Shown: positions 23,939 to 39,668 of the stretch, piece by piece
Numbering within the stretch: the stretch's first letter is position 1
Layout of the letters: each line of letters starts with the position of its first letter
From: Octopus vulgaris
Lineage: Eukaryota
Direction: 5' to 3'
DNA length: 64,000 nt
NCBI GenBank assembly: GCA_951406725.2
Contig: OX597827.1
Coordinates: 26,722,001-26,786,000, forward strand
The notes under the pieces: model-generated
Told to the model about the DNA's origin: nothing
Database searches by the model: none
Seen by the model: the letters and a program-made list of their open reading frames with translations, nothing else
Translations under genes and position numbers: made by a program

Positions 23939-24585
23939 TGTATATATCTATATCTATATAAATATATATACATAAGTATGTATGTATATATATATATATA
24001 TACTTCATGTATGTCCGCACACATACGTATGTAGGCATATATAAACATATATACTTCAACTTCAATTTATGTACACATCTATATTTACGCATACAATCAT
24101 ACCTACCTACCTACATATATAAATGCATAAATACATACATACATACATACACAGGAGAGGACTCAATGTTCTTATATATAGTACAAACAGCTTTGACCCA
24201 CATACAAACACTATATACATGCATTTATATATGCACCTACGTAACTACAAGCATAAACACATGTATACATACAAAACGTATATACACACGGACAAACACA
24301 TTCGCACACACACACACACACACACAACACTGCGAAGGCACTAATGCGAACATGAGTAACGCGAGCTTCAACAGACAAGCACATTGTTGTATAGTGAGAC
24401 GTTCATCTTACTAACAAACAGACACACCTACAGCCACACACATGCACATGCGCACACGCATGCACATCCAATACGAACAGACACTCTCACACATTCAAAC
24501 ATGCATGCATTCGTGGATGCAAATATGCATATAATAATTGCTCGCATACAGATTTCTCTGTGTGTGTGTATAGGAATGAGTGCGC

Positions 24586-24701
<116 letters not shown>

Positions 24702-24731
24702 TTGTGTGTGTGTGTGTGTATATATGTATAT

Positions 24732-24888
24732 AGGCATGGCCGTGTGATAAGAAGATTCCTTCCCAACCACATCGTTCCGGGTTCAGTCCCACTGCGTTGG
24801 ACCATGGGCAAGTGTCTTCTACTATAACCTAGAGCCAACCAAAGCCTTGTGAGTGGATTTGGTAAAAGGAAACTGAAAGAAGCCCATC

Positions 24889-24965
<77 letters not shown>

Positions 24966-25250
24966 AACGAGCTTAGAGAAGAAGAAGAAACGAAACGAAA
25001 CCAAACGAATCGAATCGAATACATACACATGTATGTATGTATGTATGTATTTGTGTGTCTATGTTTGTCCTCCCACCATTGCTTGACAACCGATGTTGGT
25101 GTTTACATCTCCATAACTTAGCGGTTCGGCAGAAACGGCCGATAGAATAAGTACTTGGCTTACAAAGAGTAAGTACTGGAGGTCAAATTGTTTGACTAAA
25201 AGGCGGTGCTCCAGCATGACCGCAGTCAAATGACTGAAGTAAATAAAAAA
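24732..25250 (+). mobile_element. SINE family 1 with expanded internal (TA)n
   Basis: Head, body and tail present. Confidence 0.85.
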
Positions 25251-25937
25251 ATATATGTGCATATATGTGTGTATATATATGTGCATATATATAAAAGAAT
25301 GTTATATGTGTATGTATGCACATGTCTGCGTGCGTGTGTAAATATGCATGCTTAAATATATGCATGTATATACACACACACACGTGCATACGTACTCGCA
25401 TACCTATATACATACACAAGTATTTACAAGACACGCGATCTCACTATGTCGATGTACATATACGCATACGCACACACATACACATGTGCTCACCTGTACG
25501 CAACACAGGCAAACGTGCACACACACACACATTTAAGTGCACATACACGCATACATATCGTACAGACACATACATGCATACCCCCTTCAATCATACATGC
25601 ATACATATATATATACATACATAGATACATACATACACACTCATATGCATACAAACGCACATATACACACACATCTAGAACAAGCAATCTGGCTTAGTCT
25701 GTTGTTTGGTCGAAAACTCCGCCCACTGAGGCCGAAAGAGAAAGAGAAAGTGAAAGAGTGAGAGAGAGAGAGAGAGCGAGAGAGAGAAAGAGAATGAGAG
25801 AGATGAAGAGAAGTTGGGAGTTAGAGTGACAGGATGAGGGTAAGAGTTAGGGTGAGAAAGAGAGATAGAGAGTAATTAGCGATAGATGGAAAGAATGAGA
25901 AAGTGTGGGTTGACAGATAGAGAGTGGCGTAGAGGGA

Positions 25938-26390
<453 letters not shown>

Positions 26391-26862
26391 AGAGAAAGGT
26401 AGACTGGTAGATAGATAATAGTTAAAAAAGAGAAGGGTGATTAGGAGTGAGGTACGAAGCAGGTGGGAGTGAGAAGATATGAAATAAGAGCCGAGTAACG
26501 TTTGATTGACAGGTGGATGTTATCAGAAATGTTGACATGGTAGAGCAATGAGGCAAGTGAGAACCTGAGTCGCGGGGGTGGGGGTTACAGTGTGTGTGTT
26601 TGAGACAGTGTGTCTACGTGTAACAGTATCTGTGTGTGTGTGTATGAACAGGGGTGAAAGTGTGTGAGGGAGAAAGATAGAATGTGTGCGTGTGTGTGTG
26701 TATGTGTATGTGTGACTGTGCGTAACAGTCACTGTGTGTGGATAGGGTTGAAGATATGTGTGTCTGAGAGGTAAAGAGAGAGAGAGGTGTATGTGTGTGT
26801 TACAGCGTGTGTGTGTGTATACATGTGTGTGCATGAGATAGTGTGTCTGCCTGTAACAGTAT

Positions 26863-26896
<34 letters not shown>

Positions 26897-27857
26897 CTGT
26901 GTGTAACAGTCTCCGTAAGTGGGTAGGGCTGAAGATGTGTGTGTCTGAGAGGTAAAGAGAAAGAGAGAGGGAGTGTATGTGTGTGTGTGTGCATGTGTGT
27001 GAGTGTGAGTGTGTGTGTGTGTGTAGGTTCTGTAACAGAGTGTAATAGTATGTGTGTGCATAAGGGGTGTTGATGTGTGTTTTTGTGTAACAATATGTGT
27101 TTGTGTGTTTGTGTATCAGAGAAAAAGGGAAAGAGTGTGTGTGTGTATGTCTGTGTGTAAGGGTGTTTGAGAGTGAAAGAGAGAGCGTGTAACAGTGTGT
27201 GTGTGTATGTGTAAGGGTGTGTTTGTGTGTGTAACAGTGTGTGTGTATGTGCGTGTGTGTATATTTTTAACACTATGTAATAGTATATGTGTGTGAATGT
27301 GTGTATTTGTGTAACAAAGTGTGCGTATTTTTGTGTATCAGAGAGAGTGAGAGAAAGAGAGAAGAGAGAGAGAGAAAGTAAGAAAGAAGGAAAAAGAAAA
27401 AGAAGGAAAGAAAGAAAGAAAGAAGGAAAGAAAGGAAAATGATATTGTGTGTGTGTGTGTGTGTGTGTGGTAGAGGGTGGGGTGGTTGTGCAACAGTATG
27501 AGAATGCATATGTGTAGAAGTGTGTCTGTGTAGGTATGTGTCAGGCTATGTAACAATGTGTGTGTGTGCGCGCACGCGAGGGATTGTGTATACATATTTA
27601 CGCAATAATGTATGTTTGTGTTTGTATGTAATAACGATGTGTGTGTGCGTGTGTGTGTGTGTGCAATAGTGCTTGTCTTTGTGAAACTATTGTGTGTACA
27701 GTTGTGACACTGAATGTAAGTGTATGTGTATGTGTGTGTGCGTGTGCGTGTCACAGTGTGCATGTGTACATTGAGAGGTGTAGGTGTCTGTGTGTCACAC
27801 ATATATGTGACAATGTACGCGTAACAAGTGAAAGTGTAACAATGAAATGGTGTGTGA

Positions 27858-27921
<64 letters not shown>

Positions 27922-28157
27922 AAGTGTTAAAGTGTAATTAACTGACTGAATATGTACATGTGTGGAACCTTGTCGTGTGTGTGTTTGTGTGTTTCTATGC
28001 AACAGTGTGTATGAGTCAGCGTGCATTTGTGTGTTTTCCTGTGCATCATTGAGTTCGTGTGTATATGTGTGTGTGCGTGTGCACAGTGTTATGTATGAAT
28101 GTTTTCAGCATTTAGGGTCGCTCTGCGTTTGTGCATTAATGTGTGTGTGTGTGTGCC

Positions 28158-28197
<40 letters not shown>

Positions 28198-28408
28198 AGT
28201 GTACTTGCATGTATGCATGGACGGGTAGAAGAGGGTCTGTATATGTGGGTCCATAAATATGCATGTGTATATATGAATATGTATGTATGCGTGTGTATGC
28301 ATGTGTGTGTACATATATATCTATACATTCGTCTACGTATATGTGTTTTATGTATATGTAAGCAGGAATTTATGTATATATGTATGCATGTGTGCATATA
28401 TGCATGTA

Positions 28409-28474
<66 letters not shown>

Positions 28475-29119
28475 TGAATATACATATATATATGTATGTA
28501 TGTGTGGCTGTATGTGTGTGTATATGTATATACGTGCATGTATATGTATACACGCATATAAACGCATATATGTATGTATATATGCATGTATGTGTATATG
28601 TATACAGTTTAGTATGTATACATATTACATTTATTTATATGTATTGAAATATTTGTAAATGTATGTACATATATGTGTGTGTGTGTAAGTATATGTGTAT
28701 ACGCACGTATATATGTATGCATGGGTGTGTGTATGTATGGTACTCATGCATATAAGTATGTAAGTATGTATGTATACATTCTGGTGTCATTGGACTAGTT
28801 TTACGAGTATATAGTTGTGTATATGTGTGGCTCATTCTTCGTGTGTGTGTTCGTGTTTGTGTGTGTGTGTCAGTATGTGTATGCATGCAATAGTGTTTCT
28901 ATGTGTGCGCGACACATGCGTGCACGGATGTGTGTATGTGCGTGTGTGTGTGTGTATGAGACAGAGGTCGCGCGTGTGTGTACACGTGCGTGCGAGTCTA
29001 TGTGTGTGTAGGAGGCTGCGTGTGTAGAAGTGTCAGTCTGTTTGCGTGTATGTGTGTGTGTGTGTGCGTGTGTCTCTATGGATATGCAGAGGTTAGCAAG
29101 AACACACCTGTGCACGTAA

Positions 29120-29610
29120 CTACCACCACCACCACTACCGACACTACTACTACTACTACTACTACTATACTATTATTACTACTACTACTACTATTAATAA
29201 TAATAATGATAATAATTTTACTATTACTACTGCTAATAATAATAATGATAAGAAGAAAAAGAAGAGGAAGAAGAAGACGAAGACGAGGAAGAAGAAGACG
29301 AAGACGAGGAAGAAGAAGAAGAAGAAGAAGAAGAAGAAGAAGAAGAAGAGAAGAAGAAGAAGAAGAAGAAGAAGAAGAAGAAGAAGAAGAAGAAGAAGAA
29401 GAAGAAGAAGAAGAAGAAGAAGAAGAAGAAGAAGAAGAAGAAGAAGAAGAAGAAGATCGGCAGCAAGCAATTCTACCACCTAAGCTTTCACAACAATCAT
29501 CGTCATCATCATTACTAGCACAATACCATCTCCAGCATCGCCAACAATTTTAACTACTACTGCTGCTGCTGCTGCTGCTGCTACTACCACCATCACTACT
29601 ACTGCTACTA
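29120..29610. repeat. Stacked trinucleotide microsatellites (CTA, TAA, GAA, CTG)
   Basis: Seen directly. Confidence 0.95.
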
Positions 29611-30024
29611 CTGCAAGCTTTTATGAAATAATACGCCATTGACAAATAGGAGAGATGCTAAGATATAATTTAGTTAAATGTTCAGATAGGAGAAAGTGAA
29701 GGAGAAAAGGAGAGCGATGAGGAGGAGGTGGAGGAGGAAGGGAAGGGGAGGGGTGGAGAAGAAAAGCGGTGACAATTGAAGAGAGAGAGGTGGGTAGAAG
29801 GATAAATACAAATAGAGGGAGAGAAAAGGGGAGGAGGGAAGTGGAAATAGAGAAAGAGACAATGAAAGTTACAAGTAAATACAAAGTGATACATTACCTT
29901 GTTATGTTAAGATGTATGGTTGTTTACCTTGATTAGATGGGGGTACACATACATACATACATGAATATATACATATATATACATACATAAATAGATGTAT
30001 ATATATATATATATTTATATATAA

Positions 30025-30104
<80 letters not shown>

Positions 30105-30177
30105 GTGTATATGTATATATATATATATATGTATATATATATAAATAAATACATATGTATATATATATATATATATT

Positions 30178-31558
30178 CTTTTATTTGTTTCAGTCATTTG
30201 ACTGCGGTCATGCTGGAGCACCGCCTTTAGTCGAACAAATCGACCCCAGGACTTATTGTTTGTAAGCCTAGTACTTATGCCATCGTTCACTTTTGACGAA
30301 CGTCTAAGTTACAGGGACGTAAACACGCTAACATCGGTTGTCAAGCGATGGTGGAGAGACAAACACAGATACATAAACACACACACACACACACACACAC
30401 ATAGACACATAAACTCACACACACACATACACTCATATATACGACGGGCTTCTATCAGTTTCCGTCTACCAAATCCAGTCACAAAGCTTTGGTCGACTCG
30501 AAGCTATAGTATTTATATATATGTATATATATAAATATATCAGTACACATAACACATACATACACGCAAACATTTCATATATATCTAAGTATATTTGTAT
30601 GTATGCATGCATTTATGAAAGTATATTTGTCTGTCTGTATGTCTGTCTGTCTGTACGTCTGTCTGTCTGTATGTCTGATTGTCTGTCAGTCTGCCTGTTT
30701 GTATGTATGTAAAATTGGGCGGTTTCACTCATTGGACTGCGGCCTTGCTGAGTCACCGTATTGATAGTTGTTACTCGAGCGATTTGACTCCAGAACTTAA
30801 TATAGAAGAAACCTGTTATTTATTTGTTTTATCGGTATTTGATGGTAGGTTTCGGGGACGTAAATAAACCAAAACCTGTTGTCATGTGGTAGTGGTGGTG
30901 GAGGTGGTGACAAAAGTAAACGCAAACACACTCATAGATACAAACATACAAATATATATTCTTTTATTCTTTTATTTGCTTCACTTATTTGACTGCGGCC
31001 ATGCTGGAGCACCGCCTTTAGTCGAAAAAAATCTTCCCCAGAACTCATTCTTTGAAAGCCTACTACTTACTTTATCTTTCTCTTTGGCCGAACCGCTAAG
31101 TTACGAAGACGTAAACGCACCAGCATCGGTTGTCAAGCGATAGGTAGGGGGGACAAACAGACAGACAAACAAGTAGATATATACATATACACATATACGA
31201 CGGGCTTCTTTCAGTTTCCGTTTACCAAATCTACTCAGAAGGCTTTGGTCGGCCAGGGCTATAGTAGAAGATACTTGTTCAAGGTGCCACGCAGGGGTAT
31301 TGAACCTGGTACCATGTGGTTGGTAAGCAAGCGACTTACCACACATGTATGTATGTATGTATGTATGTATGTATGTATGTATGTATGTATGTATGTATGT
31401 ACGACAAGCTTCTTTCAGTTTCCGTCTACCAAATCCACTCACAAGGCCTTATTCGACTCGAGACTATAATAGAAGACACTTACTCAAGGTGCCACGCAGT
31501 GGAACTGAACCCAGGTCCAGGTGGTTCGGAAGCAAGCTTCTTATCGCACAGCCACGGG
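30178..31558 (-). mobile_element. Cluster of four SINE family 1 copies/fragments (30178-30510, 30715-30890, 30961-31343, 31401-31558)
   Basis: Each homologous to parts of 42297-42713. Confidence 0.8.
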
Positions 31559-31979
31559 CTTAACAACTGTCGTCAGCATCCCAGCATTTCCAACGGCATT
31601 AATTTTAAGACCCTGTGAAAAGTTGTGAGTTAGCATGACATGACCCTCTCTGGTCACCACTCCTAAAGTATTCACAGTTACTGGAAACTTACTGTGCATC
31701 ACTCTGCTGACATCAGAAGGATCTGCACTTAACCGTCTGTCTTTTGGTGTTGGTCAAAGATTTTCTCGTCAGAGAAGAACCAACGCATGCCATGTGCATG
31801 AGGAAGTTTAACTTTGTGAAGGAACCTCTCGACTCGGATTAAACGGATTACCCGTGGCTTTGCAGACATGAATTGACCTCATCTCAGTACACACGACTTC
31901 TATCGAATACCCTTATACCCCAAAATTCTGATGGCCCACCCTCACACCTAAAGTTCTTAGGTGATGGCTCTCAGTGAGT

Positions 31980-32323
31980 TTCCGGGCTGCCTTCAATAAT
32001 ACTTTGAACATGTTGTATTAATTGCAGTGTCTTCATAGTGTCCGAAAATTTAGAATTTTTTTCCTTTTCATGAAATGGAAACATATCCGCCAGAGGTTTC
32101 CCATTGCGTCCGAACTTTTTGTCCAATAGGTCTTGCTACATTTAGAAAGTTGGTCATTTCAAAATCGCTGTGTTCCGCTCTCTTGGCAAAAATGACACCA
32201 TTTTTTGCAGTTCTTGTGGCAGCATTTTATCTGCTTAGAGGGATCCCAAACAAACAAAAGCCGTTTAATTGGTTTAAAAGAAGAATATACTGCTAATTGT
32301 CCTGAAATACCTATCGGACCTCG
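31980..32323 (-). mobile_element. maT/Tc1-mariner 5' fragment
   Basis: TA-cgagg end; - strand VIFAKRAEHSDFEMTNFLNVAR resembles the N-terminal region of the 45393-46461 element. Confidence 0.5.
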
Positions 32324-32339
32324 TATGTATGTATGTATG

Positions 32340-32447
<108 letters not shown>

Positions 32448-32520
32448 GAGACAGACAGACACACAGACAGATAGATAGAGGTTAATGTGTGCTTTATACA
32501 TGCATACATACATATATGTG

Positions 32521-32566
<46 letters not shown>

Positions 32567-33099
32567 CAGATTCTGATAAGAAGTACGTACATATACACGC
32601 ATAAACTCACATATATCGACAAATGTGAATGCGTGTATGAATAAACCTTTATATTCATTGGCATTTGTATGGAATGTGCATGTTATTGCGTGCCTGCATG
32701 CATCTGCTTTGGTATGTATTCCCGTGCGTATACATTGTATGGAAGTTTCAGCACTGTAGCATCTATACGTATACATGCGTGCGTGTGCATTAGAACTGCG
32801 TCATGTATGCACGCATGAGGCGTGTAGTATTTATACGACTGAGGGTTTATTCTTTGAGATATATATGCATGTGGGCTTGCGTGTATATGCACACCAAAAG
32901 TACATTTTGCCAACGACAGAATAAATCTGTCGCAGACTAAAACCGGATTGACGTAGAGAGGTTCCTGACCAAAAATATTGAGGTCGTACAGTATATGTCC
33001 ATCAAGATAATGGCCCATTAATGTTATTTCTAAGTACGTAAGATGGGATGAAGGTCAGGTAAATGAATTCTTGAAGCAGGTAAAGTGCGTAAGATCGAG

Positions 33100-33770
33100 T
33101 GTTTTATGTTGAAAACATAATATTGACAATGCAAAGCTAAAGATGTAGGGTTGATTGGAATATGTGGCAGAATATGAAGTGTTAAAGCGGTAAGATTATT
33201 CAAATGTATGCTTGCCAAATGAAGGATGAAAAAAGTGAGGTTGAAAACGTAAGAGTGGAAGCATGAAGTTAAGATCTTTGGGTAGAAAATGGAGTGGGAA
33301 ACATGTACGGTTGTGAAAAAGCGGGGTTTAAAACCTAAGGTTGAAAATATGAAAGGGAAAATATAAAATTGAAACGTTAATTTTGGTAACATAAAACTAC
33401 AGCAGTATGACAAAAGCGCTGAAAACGCAAAGGCGAAAAAGGTGTTGGATTAAAAAACGTCAGGTTAGAAATGTAAAGGTGAGAGAAAAAAGTTCAGAGT
33501 GCCATGTTAAAAGCGTAAAATTTAAGTTATAACGCCGAGACAGTAACATTTAAAAAATGCAAGATTGGAACGGGGGAATTTAAAACGTAAAATTGATAAA
33601 CTAACGTTGGAGAAGTAAAGATGAAACTAATATTAAAAACGTGGAATTGAAAATGGAACGTTGAAAATGTAAAATTGAAAATGTCATGGAGGGAGAGTAA
33701 GATTAAGGACCAATGGATGAGAATGTTACATTAACAAAATGTAAGCAAACGTGAAAATGGAAACATTGTG
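33100..33770 (+). repeat. Cryptic degenerate ~14-bp repeat (GTTGAAAACGTAAA-like)
   Basis: Recurrent gttgaaaacataa, gttgaaaacgtaag, gttgaaaatatga, gctgaaaacgcaaa, gttaaaagcgtaaa, gttgaaaatgtaaa. Confidence 0.6.
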
Positions 33771-34290
33771 TTAACAATGCGGCCGGAAGAAGCGAAGATA
33801 GTCACACGCAATAACTTGTAAATCATAACCAAGCTTGTATGTATGTTTGTGTGTGTGTGTGTGTATGTCGCTCGACTTGCATCTTGACTGATATGATGCC
33901 CTAAGTTCGATCCCACTGGGTTCCATTTTAGGCTTTTATTTATTTTTTTCTAGCACAGAGTCGAATCGGCCAAAGTTTTGTGACTAAAACTGAATAGAGA
34001 TGGAAACCACTGAATCCCATTCAAACATTCAACCCTCTTTCTTTTATCTCCTCTCTCTCTTTCTCTTTCCCTCACCCTCTCTCACACACACATTGTTTCA
34101 AGGTCATTTTATTGTCATTTTATCGCAAACATTTGAACGAAAATGCCATTGAAAGAAAGAAGCTGTCCGAATAAAGTTGATCGAATCAACAATTAATCGA
34201 ATTACAAGCAAATATTCGAAATATGGAAAAATGTTTAAAGTGACGTTTTGTCATGTTTTGATCTTTTATCTTACATCTTTAGTCTTTAAT

Positions 34291-34829
34291 ATCTTTCATT
34301 CATTAGACTGCGGCCAAGCTGGGGTACCGCCTTAAAGAATTTTTAGTCGAATGAAGCGATCCGCGTGCTTATATTCTTAAGTCTAGAATTTATTCTATCA
34401 TTCCCTTTTGCTGAACCACTAAGTTGCGGGAACATAAACACGCCTACACTGATTGTCAGTGGTGGTGTTGGTGGTGGTGTTAAGGGGAAGCAAACACAGA
34501 CACACACACACATACACACACGCATTTATACACGACGATCTTCTTTCAGTTTCCGTCCACCAAATCCACTCATAACCCTTTGGTCGCCCCGAGGCTTTAG
34601 TAGAAGACACTTGCCCAAGCGTCAAACTTTGGGAGTGAACTCAGAACCATGTGGTTGGGAGGCAAACTTTCACACACAAATATATGTACGAAGAGCTTCA
34701 CTTCATTTTCCGTCTACCAAATCCAGTGACAAGGCTTTAATTGGTTCTGGGTCCATGGTACAAGACAGAGGCCAGAGGTGCCGTGCAGTGGCAAACAAGT
34801 TTCATTAGCACACAGCCGCGCCTGCGCCT
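34291..34829 (-). mobile_element. SINE family 1 with duplicated head region
   Basis: Two successive ttccgtc..caaatcca.. head segments (~34550 and ~34710). Confidence 0.7.
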
Positions 34830-35303
34830 ATAGAGGACATCTTTAATCAGATGTAACAATGTAATCTTAAAACGAAATCGTTTGAATAGCTGCTATAAGT
34901 CAATTAATTGTTGATTCGATCAACTGCTACTTCGCTCAATTGGTTTCTTTTTTTTTATTTTATTGAGTAACAATTTTCGATAAATTGTGTTTCGATCAAA
35001 TGCTTGTGTTTCGATCAAATGCCCGCACACCATAATTCAACTAATCAAACAAGTGCAATATTATTCCTCATCAACACAGACGGAGATCCCGGTTATCACT
35101 CCTGTCTTATCACTGTTGTGTGCGCGCGTCTGCATGCAGGTGCCTATGTATGCTGGCACGTGAATATGCATGCCCTACTTCTTGAGGTAATGTGTGTATG
35201 TGTGTGTGTGTATGTGTGTATATATATGTGCGTGTATATATATATATATATGTGTGCGCGTTTATGTATGAGTTACCTGAGTGTGTGTGGTTTTGTTTAT
35301 GTA

Positions 35304-36171
35304 CGAGGACTGATCAATAAGTATCCAGACTGTTGCTATAGTAGCGAAGCTAATACACACAGAGTGAAACCGCTCGGCACAGATTGACATTGAACTCTGC
35401 TGCGCATCCGCATAAAGTTTTAACGATCTAGCTCACTTCTACTGTTTACAGTGCTTTGAAGGTACGTCTGTAGCGTGTGGTCATCGCATTGACCATGACA
35501 GAGAAAGCTGAGCACAGAATCTGCATAAAATTTTGCTAAAAGCTTGGCGATACCTTCTCAGGGGCCTACGCAAAGTTTTCAAAAGGTTTTCATCGTTAAG
35601 ATTTTGTGCAACTGAAACCCGAGTGTCTTTTCAGTCAGCTAAAAGCAGTTTTGGCACAAACTTGGCAGGCACATGTCTCATACCCAAATCTTCAGTGATA
35701 ATGGACTGAACTGAACCATTGCTAATCTGCACAATCTCTAACTCACAGATGGTGATTCAACGATTTCCTCTCACATCTGTATGCTCATCAGCAATGATTT
35801 TTTTCTCTGCTAGTTGCGGGTCTCCCAGAACGTTGGTTAATATTGACATTTTTTTCGGTTATCTTGGAAATGTCTGAACTACTCGTACACTTGTGTGTGG
35901 TTAATACACTTTCTGCAACTTTGCGTAGGCCTCTGAGCAGGTATCACCTTCTTACTCTATCATATCAATGGGACGATCACACGCTACACACCTTCCTTCC
36001 AAGCAGTGCTTGGAAGTGAGTTAAAACGTTAAAACTTAGTGTTCTAGCATGTTAAAACTTAGTGCGCATGCAAAACAGAAATCAAGGTCAACCTGAGCCA
36101 AGCGGATTTACTCTGCGTGGTTTAGCTTCGTCACCATGGCAACAATTCCGATACTTAATCATTAAACCTCG
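35304..36171. mobile_element. Mariner-derived element with long inverted 5' arms, TA TSD
   Basis: ta-cgagg..cctcg-ta; ~270-bp inverted arms; MTEKAEHRICIKFC start at ~35495. Confidence 0.8.
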
Positions 36172-36506
36172 TATGTATGCCTTTAGGCATGTGACAAGGT
36201 CTGCAATAATTTCGCTGACCTTATACCTGTCTGAGTAAATCTCTGTGTGTGCGTGTGCGCGCATCGTTTTGTTCTAAGTGTCTATATATATATGTGTGTG
36301 TGTGTGTGTGCAAACATGTGTATGTGTTATTTATGTATTTTTAATGTAGCTGTTTGCATTTCCATCTCTTCTTTATATATGCACGTGTTTACAATGTATG
36401 ATAGTCGTGTGTGTGTGTGTGTATTTGTACATGCATGATTATGCATTTTTATGTATACCTAACATGTTCGCGTCTGCGTGCGTGTGCATGCGTGAGAAGA
36501 TGTATC

Positions 36507-36540
<34 letters not shown>

Positions 36541-36654
36541 TGTATGTATGTATGTGTGTGTGTGTGTATTCATGCACGCCTGTACGAATGTATGTTTATA
36601 TGTTCCCCTAATTCTGTACCTGTGTATATCTGTATGCTTATGTATGTACCTAAA

Positions 36655-36711
<57 letters not shown>

Positions 36712-36977
36712 TGTATGCATGTGTGTGCATGTGTGTGTTCGTGTGTGTTCGTGTGTGTGTGTGTGTGTGTACATCTATGTGTGAGAGACAGATTAGATGG
36801 CGGACAGAGATAATTTAGATGTCAGGTTGACAATTGTGTCTTGTCGGCTGTATTTGATGGCGGTGGCGGCGTGGTAGGATGGAGGCAATTTAGGTGTCAG
36901 GATGACAGAGAATCTGGTAGATCGAGTGGCAGAGATGGGGAGGGAACTAGAGGGTAGTGGTTGCGAGAATATAGTGA

Positions 36978-37033
<56 letters not shown>

Positions 37034-37092
37034 ACGGTATGAATAAATAAAATGCAGTCGAGGTTCATTGCGTGGTAAACAGACACAGACAG

Positions 37093-37248
<156 letters not shown>

Positions 37249-37599
37249 ACAGTCTGAGAGAACATAGAATTTCATTTCAAATTATTTCAGTCCACTCAGC
37301 TGGCAAAAGTGAGTTAACCCTGCGACAGACTGGCGTTCCATCCAGGTGGGGAGTTTATATGCCATGGAAACCGACCCTTATGAGTCTGCATGACTCGAGA
37401 GATGGTAACTTTTTAACACGTTATACAATGTTTGTTCTTTCGCAAGGCGCCATGGTTTAATGTGAGACTAATTTGGTTGCTATTTTTAACTGGCTGAATG
37501 AACACGCAGAGACTCCTTCGTTGTTTTTGCAAGCACCTAAAGAAATTATAGAAAATTTAAAGAATCTACAGGATTTCCATCTTCTCCTCTCGCAATTCT

Positions 37600-38130
37600 T
37601 GGAAGGGTAATTTCGGTAGGGTTCCCAGACGTCACTTCCATAGCGTCCTCAGAAGCAACTCTCATGAAACTTGTCGGTTGCATTCCAAAGAGTGACCAAC
37701 TGAAATCTCTTTCATGGCTTACATTTAGGTTTCCTGCTGGTTGGTTCGACTCGAAGAATCCGTCTTGCGAACCTTTCCTGCAACATTCTAATCCCATTTT
37801 CGGAATACCAGACCTGACACTCCTCAGCGGAGAAGCTGCGGCTCAACTTCGACAAATTCCCGATCTCCGGGTCACGGAAACACTTTAGAAAAACCCCGTC
37901 TCAGTCGCTTGTATCCCTGCTCTTATTCTTACGGTCATTACCCAACATTCTGCACCATAGGGGAGGATGGGCACAAAAACCGAACTGAAGATAGCGAGCT
38001 TGACTTTTTCTATCCCTTCCTTCTGAGGATCGAATGCTCGAGTCGGGGCATAACTAAACCAGTAACCAATTCAACCTCCAGCTACCCATCACTTGGGAAT
38101 ATGGCTCCGAGTTACTTAAACTTCTCCCAT
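37600..38130 (-). mobile_element. RTE-clade LINE fragment
   Basis: - strand KFK*LGAIFPSDG (FKYLG motif), followed by decayed C-terminal region. Confidence 0.55.
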
Positions 38131-38498
38131 TATCATAAAAGAAATCTACTTCCAAGATTATGCTTATCTCTAATCTAGGATTATATTATATCAACCTGTA
38201 GTCGTTATAAGAATAGCTGATAAAAGAAATTATTGGTTAGTTGGTTGGTTGGTTGGCTGAATTCCCCAGTCACGCTTAGAATCATATAGAGAGAAAAAGG
38301 GGCTGGAATAAACATAAGGGAAGTAGTCTGAGCGCACATACTAGGCTTGGTGGTAGGCAATGTGTAAAGGAAGGTTTTATACGCATACACTCCGCGAGCG
38401 TGGGAGAACCTATCTATCTATCTAGCTAGCTATCTGTCTGTCTGTCTGTCTCTCTCTATCTATCTATCTATCTATCTGTCTGTCTGTCTATCTGTCTG

Positions 38499-38546
<48 letters not shown>

Positions 38547-38555
38547 CCTATCTGT

Positions 38556-39175
38556 CACGTGTGGGACGAGTCCGCCTGTCGGTAGAGTCTATCGTGGCGA
38601 TCGCTCCGCCGCCTTCCCTCGACCGGGAAGGCAAGGCAGTCTTCTTCGTACTGGTGGCCATGGTGAAAGAATGTGTATGGTGGACTCGAGCGAAAGGATT
38701 AGAAACAAACACTTACTTCTCTGGCCAATTGCTCATCAACTTTTTCATGTACCACTTGAAAAAGATGAGGATGGAGAAGCAGGTTTTGTCTTGTGAAAAT
38801 TTCAAACAAAGTTGGGTGACTGTAGCAAGGATGGTGCGTGCGAGCGACAAAACCACTTTGAGCATGATCCTGTAAATCAAAAAAAGAGAGAGAAAGAGAG
38901 CACTTTGCTCCCATGTGTTTATTTCTTCCCTGTCTGAGGTTCCCGTGGTCTTTTCCGTAGGCTTTTCTTTTCACGGATAAACCAATTTTGCGTTTTACAT
39001 TTTTAAAATTCTTCTGATATACGATCCCTTTTGGTCGTTTTTTCTTTTTTCCCGATCCCTTTTGATTGGAATTTTACACACACACCCTTTCGTTTTCATT
39101 TTCGAAAAGAAGAGCTCTACATTTGTATTTGCCCTCTCTGTGTTCAGCCTTCTGTGGCTAATAAAGAAAGTTATA
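38556..39175 (+). mobile_element. Tx1/L1-like LINE 3' end inside (CTAT)n
   Basis: ORF ..VAMVKECVWWTR..LINFFMYHLK..SW to stop 38875, homologous to 61728-62219; 3' UTR with AATAAA ~39160. Confidence 0.75.
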
Positions 39176-39377
39176 TATTAGTCTATCTATCTATCTATTT
39201 ATCTATATATATCTATCTATCTATCTATCTATCTATGTGTATGTGCGCGTGTGTAGATATACAGACAGATAGACTGACAAGCAGACAGACAGATAGATAG
39301 ATTATCTCAATCAGTGGACAAGTTTTATGTTACAACCACACTAATTTCTAGAAAAGTTGTTTTTTTTTATTTATGCG

Positions 39378-39668
39378 CCCTTTTCAAGCCTAGCCTGGCT
39401 CATGGGCCCGGTTTCCCAATTTCTGTGACGTATGTGTTCCCCCCAGCTGGACGGGACGCCAGTCCATCGCAGCGTTACTCAAGAAACAAGAAGAGAGAGT
39501 GAGAAAAAGTTGGGGCGAACGACTACAACAGGGGTCACCACCACCCCCTACGTCGAGCTTTTAGGTGTTTTTGCTCAATAAACACGCACAACACCCGGTC
39601 TGGGAATCGAAACCGCGAACCTCCGACCGCGAGTCCACTGCCCTAACCACTGGTCCATTGCGCTTCCA
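39378..39668 (-). mobile_element. Meta/MESC-like tRNA SINE
   Basis: Homologous to 4912-5140 and 41036-41332. Confidence 0.8.

Noticed and set aside
28978-29553. 191-aa ORF resembling a membrane protein with basic and acidic tails
   Set aside because: Stacked (CTA), (TAA) and (GAA) microsatellites.
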